Position numbers and translations under genes: made by a program. A model generated the notes under the pieces. That model saw nothing but the letters and a program-made list of their open reading frames with translations, was not told the origin of the DNA and searched no databases. From positions 31,537 to 95,536 of the forward strand of contig CAWIZX010000015.1 of the NCBI GenBank assembly GCA_963840735.1: a DNA stretch of 64,000 nt, read 5' to 3'. Of the stretch, positions 1 through 10,271 are shown one piece after another. Every line of letters starts with the position of its first letter. Within the stretch, counting starts at the first letter, position 1. The stretch is from Terriglobia bacterium. GTDB taxonomy: Bacteria > Acidobacteriota > Terriglobia > Bryobacterales > Bryobacteraceae.

Positions 1-1
1 G

Positions 2-566
2 CGCAATCTGCCCACGCCGACGGCTCTGATATTCGAGGTTTTGGGGGTGAATAAGCTCTGGCCGGGGAACCCGGTGAATTGGCATTACCGATGCTTAGCA
101 TCAGCATTTCGTTGTTCGCAGCCGGGTCGAACAACCAGCGGGGGCGTTCCTGATGTTTTCCCGAGAGGCCTGGCGGCAGGCGGGCGGTTTCGATGAGCGT
201 TTTTGGCCGATCTGGTTTGAAGATGTCGATTTCTGCGCTGCTTTGAAGCGGCTGGGTTTTTCTGTGTATTTCAATCCGGCGGCGGTCGCGAAACACAGCG
301 GAGGGCACTCAATTCGGGCGCTTACGCTGCCGAACAGAGAACGATATTGGTATGGTAGTCTTCTGGGGTATGCGGCGAAGCATTTCGGTTCGCTGGCATA
401 CAGGGCTGTATGTGGCTCTGTCGCGGTTGGTGCGATTTTGCGCGCATTGGCGGGATACCGGAAGGGTGGTTTGCAGGCTTTTGCAGTTTACGGGGCGGTT
501 TGCCGCTTCGCAACCGGCCGTTTATTCGGTCGGCGGAGGCGAGGCTCTGGAAATACTGTTGTCTGA
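2..566 (+). CDS. Family-2 glycosyltransferase (rhamnosyltransferase-like), 3-prime part. The gene starts upstream of the window and the reading frame changes near nt 90-100.
   Basis: ORF 153..566 starts mid-domain (GAFLMFSREAWRQAGGFDERFWPIWFEDVDFC, the typical GT2 C-terminal half). The preceding GT2-like segment RNLPTPTALIFEVLGVNKLWPGNPVNWHYRCL reads from nt 2 in another frame. Confidence 0.7.
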
Positions 567-584
567 ATGGCGTGAAAATTCATA

Positions 585-1655
585 TTGGAGCTGGCCAGCG
601 CGCACATGTCCCGTAGCGACTTCGTTTCGGTAACGATCGTCACATACAACAGCGGCCGTTTTATAAAACGGTGTCTCGAATCGGTCCTGGAGCAGGATTA
701 TCCGTTCAAGGAAATCATCGTCATAGACAATAACTCTTCCGACGGTACGATCGACATTCTTGAGCCGTTCGAGGACCGCTGCCGCATTGTTTACAACGAG
801 GAAAACATCGGGTTCGCGGCGGCGCAGAACCAGGCAATCGGGCTCTCGAACTCCGAGTGGGTTTTAACGCTGAATCCGGACGTGCTGTTGCTCCAGGGAT
901 TTCTCGAAGCTCTGGTGAACGCCGGAAATCTGGATCCGAAGGTCGGCACGGTCTGCGGAAAGCTGCTGACCATGACGGCCGGCTTCGACTTCCCGGAAGA
1001 GCCGCTGGTGGATTCGACAGGCATCTACTTCACGCCGAATTTACGGCATCTGGACCGCGGCAGCCTGCAGGTAGACAACGGGCATTTCCGCAATTACGAA
1101 TATGTGTTCGGGGCCACGGCGGCGGCAGCACTTTACCGCAGAAGCATGGTGGACGATATTTCGATCGGCGGCGAGTTCTTCGACGCCGATTTTTTTGCGT
1201 ATCGCGAAGACGCCGATGTTGCGTGGCGGGCTCAGTTGATGGGCTGGAAATGCCTGTACGCCCCGTACGCGAAGGGCTATCACGTCCGGAAGGCGCTGCC
1301 CGGCAATCGCCGCGCATTGCCGGCCGAGATCAACATGCATTCGGTGAAGAACCGTTTCCTGCTGCGCATGAAGAACATGACGCCCGATCTTTACCGGCGG
1401 AATTTCTTTTCGATCACGGTTCGCGATCTGGTGGTGGTGAGTTGCTGCATTCTGTGGGAGCATACTTCGCTTAAGGCGTTTCCGTTTCTGTTTAAGAACT
1501 GGCGTAACGTGATTGCGAAGCGCCGGGAGATCATGCGCAGGCAGCGCGTGGATGACGCCTACATGGCAAGCTGGTTCTCGTTTGAACCCGTCAGCAAGCC
1601 CGCACCGAAAAAATTCACTTCTACGCTCACACGCTCCCGCGCCGCCCGCCGTTAG
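585..1655 (+). CDS. Family-2 glycosyltransferase
   Basis: Intact 356-aa ORF. N-terminal GT2 signature VSVTIVTYNSGRFIKRCLESVLEQDYPFKEIIVIDNNSSDGT, then YREDADVAWR. The start may be the internal Met at 606. Confidence 0.85.
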   Translation: MELASAHMSRSDFVSVTIVTYNSGRFIKRCLESVLEQDYPFKEIIVIDNNSSDGTIDILEPFEDRCRIVYNEENIGFAAAQNQAIGLSNSEWVLTLNPDVLLLQGFLEALVNAGNLDPKVGTVCGKLLTMTAGFDFPEEPLVDSTGIYFTPNLRHLDRGSLQVDNGHFRNYEYVFGATAAAALYRRSMVDDISIGGEFFDADFFAYREDADVAWRAQLMGWKCLYAPYAKGYHVRKALPGNRRALPAEINMHSVKNRFLLRMKNMTPDLYRRNFFSITVRDLVVVSCCILWEHTSLKAFPFLFKNWRNVIAKRREIMRRQRVDDAYMASWFSFEPVSKPAPKKFTSTLTRSRAARR

Positions 1656-1661
1656 GTTCCG

Positions 1662-2747
1662 GTGCGCATCGCATTACTGGGAACACGCGGCATTCCGGCA
1701 AATTACGGCGGGTTCGAGACGTTCGCGGAAGAGCTTTCCGTCAGACTGGTGGAGCGCGGGCACGAAGTGGTGGTTTATTGCCGCGTCAGGTCTCCGATTC
1801 CGAAATATCGCGGCGTGGATCTGACCTATGTTGCAACCATTCCGCACAAATACCTGGATACTCTTGCACATACCTTCCTTTCGACGCATCCACCTGTTGT
1901 TTCATCGCACCGATGTGGCGCTCTATTGCAACGCCGCGAATGCGGTTTTTACCGTTGCGCCCAGGGCGTTCGGTATCCCAGTCGCGCTGAATGTGGATGG
2001 CATTGAGCGGCGCAGAAAAAGTGGAACAGCCTGGCTCGCGGATGGTATCGGCTGTCGGAATATCTTTCGACGATATTCCCGAACCGGTTTATCACCGATG
2101 CGGAGGCGATCCGCACGTATTACCGGGAAACGTACGCGAAAGATTCGGTGTTTATTGCTTACGGCGCGGATACCGTTCGCGCCACAACGCGGGCGGCGCT
2201 GGAGCGACTGGGTCTGGAGGCTGGCCGGTACTTCCTTTACGTGAGCCGGATGGAGCCTGAAAACCGGGCGCTCGAAGTGCGTGAGGCGTTCGAGCAGGTG
2301 CCCACGGACATGAAGCTGGCGCTGGTGGGGGACGCACCGTACGCGGATGAATATATCCGGAAAGTACGGGCGACCGAAGACCCGCGCGTGGTCCTGCCGG
2401 GCGCGATTTATGGCACCGGATACCGGGAACTGGGGACGTGGTGTTTTGCCTACGTTCATGCAACGGAGGTGGGGGGGACGCATCCGGCGCTGATTGAAGC
2501 GATGGGCCGCGGGGCGCTCGTGCTCTATCTGGATAACGCGGAGAATCGTGAGGTCTGTGGCGACGCGGGTTTGCCATACGAAGACCAGGCGGGGCTGACG
2601 GCGAGGATGCGGGAGGCGATCGCAATGGGCGAGGTGGACCGCGACCGGTACCGTGCGCGGGCAATACAGCGTGTGCGCGAGAAATACGACTGGGACGTGG
2701 TGACAACTCAATATGAGAAGTTGCTGAACAGCCTGCTGCGAAACTAA
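1662..2747 (+). CDS. GT4-type glycosyltransferase with DUF1972-like N-terminus. Two frame changes (about 1886 and the A-run at 2016-2020).
   Basis: Conserved protein is spread over three ORFs. It runs MRIALLGTRGIPANYGGFETFAEELS...DTLAHTFLST (frame 0), then HLLFHRTDVALYCNAANAVFTVAPRAFGIPVALNVDGIERRRK (frame 1). It returns to frame 0 with KWNSLARGWYRLSEYLSTIFPNRFITDAEAIRTYY...EVGGTHPALIEAMGRG. Confidence 0.85.
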
Positions 2748-2753
2748 CTTCAG

Positions 2754-3884
2754 GTGTCACAGAAGGCGCGTTGTTACGTAGAAATCTCAAGGTCCGTAAT
2801 CGCGGCGAACTATCGCGCGGTGCGGGATGCGGTGGGTCCGGCGGCGGGCGTGATCGGCGTTGTCAAGGCGGACGCATACGGGCACGGCACGGTGGAAGTA
2901 TCGAAGGTTCTCTGCGCGGAAGGAGTGGCCTGGCTGGCGGTCACCTCCGTTGACGAAGGGATTGCGCTGCGCGAGGCCGGCATTGACTGCCGGATTCTGG
3001 TGATGGCGGGCGTGATGGCCTGGGAACATGCGGCGGCGCGGGAGTTCCGGCTCACGCCTGTGGTGCATTCGCTCGATGAACTTCGGGCGTTTGAGGCGAG
3101 CAGCGGTAGCGATGGGCCCGTTAACGTTCACCTGAAGATCGATACGGGGATGGACCGGTTGGGTACGCGCGCGTCGGCCAGTGAGATCGCGGCGGCAATC
3201 GAGGCGGCGCCGTGGATTCGCGTGGAAGGTCTGATGTCCCATTTCGCGTCTGCCACGGATTTTGTCTCGACCCAGACGGAAGATCAGATTCGGGCCTACC
3301 GCGCAATGGCCGATGAACTTCACGCGCTGGGAGTGAGGCCTCCGCTGCGGCACTTTGCGAGCACGAATGCGATCGCATATCCGCAGGCCGCGATGCATGG
3401 TTGTCGCTGGTTCGGCCCGGACATGCAATTTACGGCTATGTGTCGCCGGCGCGGGGGCCCGCTCCGCACGCACTGTTTACAGTGAAACCCGCGCTTCAGT
3501 GGAAGGCGCGCATCGTGACCGTCAAGGATATTCCGGCAGGGGCGAAGGTGGGGTACGGGGGGTCGTTCGTCGCGCCTGAGCCCATGAGAATTGCCGTGCT
3601 TGCCGCCGGCTACGCGGACGGGATTCCCCACCGGCTATCGAACAAGGGACGAGGTCATTGCGGGCGGGCGCTTTGCACCTATTTTGGGCACCGTTTCGAT
3701 GGACCTGACAACTATCGATGTCAGCCATTCGCCGCAACTGAAGCCGGGAGATGAAGTGACTCTGCTGGGCAGGGAGGGGGATGTTTCTCTCGATGCGCAG
3801 CAGATTGCGCGCACGGCGGGGACGATCTCCTATAACGTGCTCTGCGGGATTGCGGCGCGGGTGAAGCGCTTCTATAAAGATTAA
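2754..3884 (+). CDS. alr: Alanine racemase. Two frame changes (about 3395 and about 3650).
   Basis: VVKADAYGHG (PLP-Lys motif), HLKIDTGMDRLG, VRPGHAIYGY, AAGYADGIPHRLSNKG, ILGTVSMD. The pieces lie in ORFs 2754..3485, 3401..3754 and 3591..3884. GTG start. Confidence 0.9.
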
Positions 3885-3901
3885 CCCCGATATACTTTCG
3901 G

Positions 3902-5257
3902 GTGATGCTCGCTGCCGCCGCGCTTTTGATCGCGATGTACCCCGATTGGGTTCCGGCGAGATGGATGTCGGGCGACCCGAAATCTCTCGATCTGCTGGCG
4001 AATACACCCATCAATTGCCTGTGGCTCGAACGGCCGCAATGGTCTGCCGCATTTGCGATTGAAGCGGCTAAGCGGGGGATCGCAACGCTGGGCGTGATCC
4101 ATCGCGAAGGCGATCCGATTGAGACCGCGCAGGCACTTACAAAGACGGGCTTCACGGGCGCGGTAATTGAGGGCAGCTTCGACGATTATTCGCTGATGAT
4201 CGTGAGCGGCACGCTCTCAAAAGCGAAGATGCTGTATCTCGAATCGGGCGCGCGCAGCCGGGTCCGGTTCGACACGGATCTGCCGATCGTGTCGACCTCG
4301 CAGGGGATGTGGCCGGGGATCCACGTGGAGAAGGGGAGCACCGCCAGCGCGGGGCCGACCGCGAACCCATGGATTGACACCAACACAGGGTTTCTGCGGT
4401 TTGCAAGGGCTTCGACCGAGGCGACCATCTGGGTGGCTGTACAACCCGAGCCGGGCAATGTGTATCCGGTGCAGCGTTACATCCAGGCGATCGGCGACGC
4501 GGCCATGAATGGCGGCAGGTGGGTGGTGTCGCTCGACAGCGATTTGCAGAAGCGTTTGCTCGCGCGTGAGCCGAAGGCGCTCAAAGACTGGCAGCAGATT
4601 GGTGCGGCCCTGCAGCACTTCGAAGACCACAAAGAGTGGCGGGCGGCGACTCCAGCCGGGGCTGTCGCGATTGTTGAGGATTACAGCGTTGCGCGATTAT
4701 CGGGCGGGTTGTTCGATATGCTTGCCGCCAAGCATGTACCGGTTTCAGCCGTGCCCTATTCGCGGCTGACGCCTGCCGCACTCAACGGCTCGAAGGTTGC
4801 GGTGAATACCGACCCGGCACAACACACGGCGGAGTTGCAAACGTTTTCGAAGTCGGGAAAGGCGCTGATCGAGGCGCCGGAAGCGGGTGCCCGTAAGCCC
4901 CAGCCGGATGAAGATTTCGTTTACGACCCGACCGACTCCCGGGTTGACACCATCTGGCAGAAGGTGTCCGCAGTCATCGGGCGTCAGAATATGGGGGCCA
5001 GGCTGTTCAACGTATCGAGCATGCTGTCGAACGTGGTGGCGCTGCACGGGCAGCGGCAGTTGCTGCTGCATCTGGTGAATTACTCGGAGTACCCGGCTTC
5101 GGGCATTACGGCGCGGGTGATTGGGAATTATCGTCATGCGCGGCTGTATCGTCCGGGGGAAGCGCCGGTCGATCTTGAGATTGAAAAGGTGGAAGACGGT
5201 ACCGGCTTTGCCATCGATCAGCGGATCACCACCATCGGTACCGTTGTGCTCGAATGA
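3902..5257 (+). CDS. Hypothetical protein (451 aa), no recognisable domain
   Basis: Long intact ORF with a coding-like composition. I recognise no motif. Confidence 0.55.
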   Translation: MMLAAAALLIAMYPDWVPARWMSGDPKSLDLLANTPINCLWLERPQWSAAFAIEAAKRGIATLGVIHREGDPIETAQALTKTGFTGAVIEGSFDDYSLMIVSGTLSKAKMLYLESGARSRVRFDTDLPIVSTSQGMWPGIHVEKGSTASAGPTANPWIDTNTGFLRFARASTEATIWVAVQPEPGNVYPVQRYIQAIGDAAMNGGRWVVSLDSDLQKRLLAREPKALKDWQQIGAALQHFEDHKEWRAATPAGAVAIVEDYSVARLSGGLFDMLAAKHVPVSAVPYSRLTPAALNGSKVAVNTDPAQHTAELQTFSKSGKALIEAPEAGARKPQPDEDFVYDPTDSRVDTIWQKVSAVIGRQNMGARLFNVSSMLSNVVALHGQRQLLLHLVNYSEYPASGITARVIGNYRHARLYRPGEAPVDLEIEKVEDGTGFAIDQRITTIGTVVLE

Positions 5258-5279
5258 CGGGCATATACTGTCAGGCGGA

Positions 5280-6413
5280 ATGAATAACAAACTGACTCGG
5301 AGACGAGCCCTGCAGGCAGCGGGATTGGGCGTAGCGGCGTTCTCGGTCACCTCACAGGAAGGCGCAGCGGCTGAAACACTGCCGATGGGCATGAAAGGTG
5401 AGGGCCCGGATACCCCGAAGATCTGCCTCGAATACGGCTCCGGCGGACTGGCGGCCGGCGGCAATACAGACGAAGAACGCATTCGCAGGATCAAACAACT
5501 GGGTGTGAACTATGCGATCGGGGCCATGGGTCAGGCGCCGTGGGATGAGGCACGTTTGCGCGCCTACATGGATAAGGCAAAGGAAGGCGGTCTCACAGTC
5601 GCAAACATCATGATCGGGTTTCCGTACAACGTGATCGCCGCGGGTGACGGACGCGACGCGGCGATCGACAAGGTTAAGGACTCGATCGTTGCCGCGGGCA
5701 AATGCGGGCTGCCTGTCGTGGAATACAACTGGTATGCACACCGGATTACCGAGGGTTATTACGAAGTGCCCGGCCGATCCGGTTCTTCCTATACCGGGTT
5801 CGATTACGCGAAGATCAAAGACCTTCCGCCGCTCGAACGCGAGGGCCCGCACAAGCTTGAAGAGATGTGGACGAATATCGGGTACTTCCTCAAGGCCGTG
5901 ATTCCGGTGGCGGAAAAGGCCGGGGTGCGGCTGGCGTTGCATCCAAACGATCCTCCTGCGCCGATCAGCCGCGGGTCGGAGCAGATCATGGGTTCGGTGG
6001 AAGGATGGAAGCGCCTGATCGAGATCGTGCCGAGCAAGTCGAACGGGATCACGTTCGATTGCGGTGTGACGCGCGAGATGGGGCACGATCCGGTAGAAGT
6101 TTGCCGGTACTTTGCGTCGCGCGACCGCATCAATCATGTGCATTTCCGCAACGTGATTGTGCATAAGCCCTACGAAAATTACGAAGAAGTTTTTATCGAT
6201 GAGGGTTACAACAATATGTTCGCGGTGATGCGGGAACTGGTGCGGAACAAGTATCCGCGGCTGGTGTATCCGGAGCACCCGCGCGCCATCGATTACGACC
6301 GTGCGCAAACGGGTTTTAAGCCGACTTACCCGGGCGGCGGCGGTTATGCGGCCTTCGCGTTCAACGTGGGGTATGCGCGCGCCATGCTGCAGGCCTGCCT
6401 GAATCCGGCATAG
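5280..6413 (+). CDS. Mannonate dehydratase (UxuA) family protein with a Tat-type signal peptide
   Basis: FLKAVIPVAEKAGVRLALHPNDPPAPI and INHVHFRNV closely resemble the E. coli UxuA core ([34 protein letters not shown]). The N-terminus MNNKLTRRRALQAAGLGVAAFSV is Tat-like. The start is taken at the ATG at 5280, not the ORF-track start at 5121. Confidence 0.8.
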   Translation: MNNKLTRRRALQAAGLGVAAFSVTSQEGAAAETLPMGMKGEGPDTPKICLEYGSGGLAAGGNTDEERIRRIKQLGVNYAIGAMGQAPWDEARLRAYMDKAKEGGLTVANIMIGFPYNVIAAGDGRDAAIDKVKDSIVAAGKCGLPVVEYNWYAHRITEGYYEVPGRSGSSYTGFDYAKIKDLPPLEREGPHKLEEMWTNIGYFLKAVIPVAEKAGVRLALHPNDPPAPISRGSEQIMGSVEGWKRLIEIVPSKSNGITFDCGVTREMGHDPVEVCRYFASRDRINHVHFRNVIVHKPYENYEEVFIDEGYNNMFAVMRELVRNKYPRLVYPEHPRAIDYDRAQTGFKPTYPGGGGYAAFAFNVGYARAMLQACLNPA

Positions 6414-6433
6414 GCGGGCAGGGGAATGCCGGG

Positions 6434-6898
6434 TCACGCGCGGCGGGCGCTGAAGAACCGCTGCAGCAGCGCGGTGGATTCGGCGCCCAGCACGCCTTCG
6501 ATCACTTCGACCCTGTGGTTGAGCAGCGGCGAATCGGCAATCTGAAATTTGCTGCGGACACCGCCGAACCGGATGTCGCGCGCGCCAAAGACCAGCGTGC
6601 CGACGCGAGCCGCGACCAGAGCTCCCGCGCACATGGGGCAGGGCTCGAGCGTGCAGTAAAGCGTTGCCTCGGTGAGGCGATAGTTGCCAAGTGCGAGGGC
6701 ACCCTGGCGCAGGGCCATCATTTCCGCGTGGGCCGTGGGGTCAATCAATTCGATGGGTGAGTTCCGGCCGCTGCCTATCACCTGACCCCGCGCGACAAGA
6801 ATGCAGCCGACTGGCACTTCGCCCGCTTCCTCCGCCTCGCGCGCAAGGTTGAGTGCCTGGGCCATCCATAGTTCGTGCTCGGGTAGACTGTTGACCAT
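6434..6898 (-). CDS. tadA: tRNA-specific adenosine deaminase
   Basis: CMP/dCMP deaminase zinc motifs HAEMMAL and TLEPCPMCAGA. The start is chosen at MVNSLPEHELWM (6898); the upstream extension to 7021 looks non-coding. Confidence 0.85.
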   Translation of the reverse strand: MVNSLPEHELWMAQALNLAREAEEAGEVPVGCILVARGQVIGSGRNSPIELIDPTAHAEMMALRQGALALGNYRLTEATLYCTLEPCPMCAGALVAARVGTLVFGARDIRFGGVRSKFQIADSPLLNHRVEVIEGVLGAESTALLQRFFSARRA

Positions 6899-7388
6899 GC
6901 GTTCCGCAATTATCCTGTTTTTTGTCGCCGCCGTGTTATTTGCCGATGCGGCTGCCGGTCTGAAGTGGACCGCACCCGCGGGCTGGGTTTCGAAGGGCGC
7001 GGCCCCGATGCGTGCCGCCACTTACGGCGTGCAGGATGCCGAGTGCGTAGTCTACTATTTCGGACCGGGCCAGGGCGGGAGCGTGGAAGCGAATACGGCC
7101 CGATGGGCGAATCAGTTCACCCGGGACGGAAAGCCGGCTCAGTCCAAAATCGCAAAGCGCGTTGTCCACGGCTTGCCCGTGACCACGGTGGAAACGTCCG
7201 GAACCTACACCGGGATGGGCGGACCCGCAATGACACCCCAGGCTGCAAAGCCCGGTTACAGGCTGCTGGCGGCAATCGTGGAAGGTCCACAGGGAAACAT
7301 CTTCATCAAGTTCACCGGCCCGGAACGAACGCTTGAAGCAAACCGGCGAAAGTTCGAAGTCCTTATTGCGTCTTTTCAGAAGCAGTAA
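6897..7388 (+). CDS. Secreted hypothetical protein
   Basis: Signal-peptide-like MRSAIILFFVAAVLFADAAAG at the internal Met (6897). No known domain recognised. Confidence 0.5.
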   Translation: MRSAIILFFVAAVLFADAAAGLKWTAPAGWVSKGAAPMRAATYGVQDAECVVYYFGPGQGGSVEANTARWANQFTRDGKPAQSKIAKRVVHGLPVTTVETSGTYTGMGGPAMTPQAAKPGYRLLAAIVEGPQGNIFIKFTGPERTLEANRRKFEVLIASFQKQ

Positions 7389-8132
7389 TCAGTGGGTCGC
7401 CACAGCGGCCGTGCTCTTGAGAATCGTGCTTTCTCCCTGCACCAGATGCTCGTACATAAGCCTGCGGGCGGCTTCCGCGTCACCCGCCTGGATGGCCAGG
7501 AACATCTGCTCATGCGCTCCTATGGGAGTGCCGGCGTCCCGCAATGAAGACGTGACCGCCAGGCTTCGTGACATCGCCTGGTGGAGCGACGAAAACATGC
7601 GGTGGCATACCCGGTTGCCGGAAACACGCCAGACGGTCTCGTGAAAGATCAGATCCTGTTCGGCGAGCGTCTCGGCGTCGACGTTTGGATTCTGCTTCAT
7701 CAGCATCACGGCTTTTTCGAGGTCGATCAGGTCCTCTTCGGACCGGCGCATGGCGGCGCGCGCGGCCAGTTCGGGCTCGACGATCCGGCGCGCCTCGAAA
7801 AGTTCCTGGAACGTGATGCCGTCCACGAGCAGCAGAAAATCGAGCGGCGCGCGGAGCGTGGTGGATGCGTCCTGCGTGAGGTACGTACCGTCGCCCACGC
7901 GCTGATGCACGATCCCCATTACGTCCAGGGCCTTCAGCGCCTGGCGGATGGATGCGCGGTTAACGGCGAACCTGCGGGCCAGTTCTCTTTCCGGAGGAAG
8001 TTTGCTGCCCGGCTGCAACGTGCCCGTTGCAATCATATCTTTCAGACCCGCGACAAGCTGGTGGGTCAGGTCTTTTGGCTTTCGGCCCGACATTGTATAT
8101 CTATCACCCGTTATGGAATTTGGCCCAAGCAT
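7389..8132 (-). CDS. GntR-family transcriptional regulator (FadR/FCD subfamily)
   Basis: GntR-type winged helix (LPPERELARRFAVNRASIRQALKALDVMGIVHQRVGDGTYL) followed by an all-helical FCD-like C-terminal domain. The start may be at 8093. Confidence 0.85.
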   Translation of the reverse strand: MLGPNSITGDRYTMSGRKPKDLTHQLVAGLKDMIATGTLQPGSKLPPERELARRFAVNRASIRQALKALDVMGIVHQRVGDGTYLTQDASTTLRAPLDFLLLVDGITFQELFEARRIVEPELAARAAMRRSEEDLIDLEKAVMLMKQNPNVDAETLAEQDLIFHETVWRVSGNRVCHRMFSSLHQAMSRSLAVTSSLRDAGTPIGAHEQMFLAIQAGDAEAARRLMYEHLVQGESTILKSTAAVATH

Positions 8133-8376
8133 AACAGAGGCGGAAAGTCATTGCACTGTAAAAGACACAGTGTTTGACGCTGCAAAACGCATGGTCACTA
8201 TCCGGGTTGGCGACAGGGGCTGCCCGCGACTTCAGATGGAGTGGGAAAGTCAAGCGGGAACACAGAGTTCCGGCGAATAATTGCGCCTCTTAGCAATTTA
8301 AGTTCCACTCGTGCGTGTTTGCACACGTCGGCAGTGGGACGGTCCGGATTTCCTGCTTATAATAACCGTGTAAGCA

Positions 8377-9937
8377 ATGCTGTCTCCACGATTGCAACTG
8401 AAAGTTGCGCAGAAGCAGATTCTGACGCCGGGCCTGGTCCAGATGGTCACGGTGCTTCAGCTCAACCGGCTCGAGCTGAAGGAGATGATCAATCAGGAGA
8501 TTGTCAATAATCCTGTCCTTGACGACACGATCGAGGCGGGCGAAGAAATCACACCCGAGGAACTGCAGCCTCTGCTCGAAGGCGAGCGGTCGACCGAACA
8601 GGCGGACCGCGATCTGTTGCGCGCAGCCGACATTCAGCTTGAATCAGAAGCGCCCGAAGTGGTTGCCGGCGCTACTGCAACCTTTGACGGCGATGTCGCA
8701 ACCGACGCCCCCGATACTGCGGATGTTCCCGAAGCCAGCACCACGGACCCATTCGACGACATCGATTTCGGCTCCTTTTTCGATGACTATCTCGACCCGG
8801 GATACAAGAGCCCGGCAGCCGAATCGGTAGAAAAGCCGTCGTTCGAAACGTTTCTTGTCGCAGCCTCAGACGCTGCCGGATTATCTGCGTTCGCAGCTCA
8901 GCGTCAGCCTGCTCGACGACGATACGCGCGATGCCGCGGAGTCTATCATCGGCAACCTGGACGAAGACGGGTATCTGACGGCGACGCTGGACGAAATGGC
9001 GGAGCAGGGCGGCCATACGGCTGAGGTGATGACGGCCGCGCTGAAGGCGGTGCAGTCGCTCGATCCCGCGGGAGTGGGCGCGCGAGATCTGAAGGAATGC
9101 CTGCTGCTGCAGATCGAAAGCAAGAACGGGAAGGGCGGTGTTGCCTGGCAGATCGTTTCCAGTTACATGCGGCTGCTGGAAACGCGGCAGTACCGCGAAC
9201 TGGCCAAGGCGATGGGACGGCCGCAGGAGCATATCGACATCGCCGTTGCGATGATCAAGCGCCTGAATCCGCGGCCGGGAATTCGGTATTCCGGGCCGGG
9301 CGCGCGTTCCGTTGAGCCGGACGTTTACTTCATCCGCGACGGCGACGATTTCATCATTCAGATGAACGACGACGAACTGCCGCAGCTTCGGCTGAACGCG
9401 CAGTACCGCAAGATGCTCGACCGCGACAACGGCGCGACGAAGGAAGTCCGCGATTACGTCCGCGAGCGCTATTCATCGGCAATCCAGCTGATGAAAAACA
9501 TCGAGCAGCGGAAGCAGACAATTCTGAAGGTTTGCGAATCCATCAAGCGCCGCCAGATGGAATTCCTGACCATGGGCATCGATTATCTGAAGCCGATGAT
9601 GATCAAAGATGTGGCGGAGGAAGTCGGCGTGCATCCGTCAACCGTGAGCCGCGCGGTGGCGAGCAAATATGCGCACACTCCGCACGGCGTATACGAACTG
9701 CGGTACTTCTTCTCGGAAGCCGTGCAGGGCCCTTCGGGCGGAGAGACGCCGCTGTTATTGTTGAAGCGCAGGGTCAAGAAGATGATTGAGGAGGAGGATA
9801 CGCGGCACCCGTTGACAGATGAGCAAATCACCTCGCGGCTTCAGGCGGAAGGCATCGACGTTACCCGCCGCACCGTTGCCAAGTATCGCGAGGATATGAA
9901 GATTCCCTCCACTCATCAGCGGCGCGTCCGCAATTGA
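8377..9937 (+). CDS. rpoN: RNA polymerase sigma-54 factor. One frame change at about 8853-8860.
   Basis: N-terminal region I MLSPRLQLKVAQKQILTPGLVQMVTVLQL and an acidic region II. C-terminal HTH and RpoN box (VHPSTVSRAVASKYAHTPHGVYELRYFF). Split between ORFs 8377..9024 and 8855..9937. Confidence 0.92.
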
Positions 9938-9938
9938 A

Positions 9939-10271
9939 ATGAAAGTAACGTATACAGGACGTCACGTTGAACTATCTCCCGCGCAGTCGAAAAAGTTAGA
10001 GTCGGAATTCGACAAAGTCAGTAAGCTGCTGGATACAGGCCGCGGCGAGGCGGAAGCCCATGTGGTTCTCTCGCATGAGCGGCAGTTGCATAATGCCGAG
10101 GTCAGGGTTCCTTACCATAATCACGAACTGGTGGGAGAGGCTACTGACGCGGATCTCTTCACGGCATTGCATGCGGCGGTCGGGAAGCTTGAATCGCAGG
10201 CGATCCGGGTTCGCGAAAAGTGGCGAGACAGCCGGCGCGACGCCAAACCGGACATGGGCACGGGAGAGTGA
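9939..10271 (+). CDS. hpf: Ribosome hibernation promoting factor / sigma-54 modulation protein
   Basis: 110-aa ORF directly after rpoN. HPF/RaiA-like MKVTYTGRHVELSPAQSKKLESEFDKVSKLL...AEVRVPYHNHELVGEATDADLFTALHAAVGKLESQ. Confidence 0.85.
   Translation: MKVTYTGRHVELSPAQSKKLESEFDKVSKLLDTGRGEAEAHVVLSHERQLHNAEVRVPYHNHELVGEATDADLFTALHAAVGKLESQAIRVREKWRDSRRDAKPDMGTGE

Noticed and set aside
5352-6632. Long antisense ORF (426 aa) opposite the UxuA-like gene. Similar long shadow ORFs occur at 1923..2711, 13712..14461, 23783..24496, 25362..26453, 32113..33072, 34899..35900, 45236..46021, 47881..48696 and 60366..61172.
   Set aside because: They are Arg/Pro/Gly/Ala-rich low-complexity translations, typical of the opposite strand of GC-rich genes. 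Each is fully covered by a gene with recognisable conserved motifs on the other strand.
8133-8376. Promoter or operator upstream of rpoN (a TATAAT at about 8358 and a small CGTGT/ACACG hairpin at about 8313)
   Set aside because: No convincing -35 element at the proper spacing and no clear GntR-type palindrome. The evidence is too weak to annotate.
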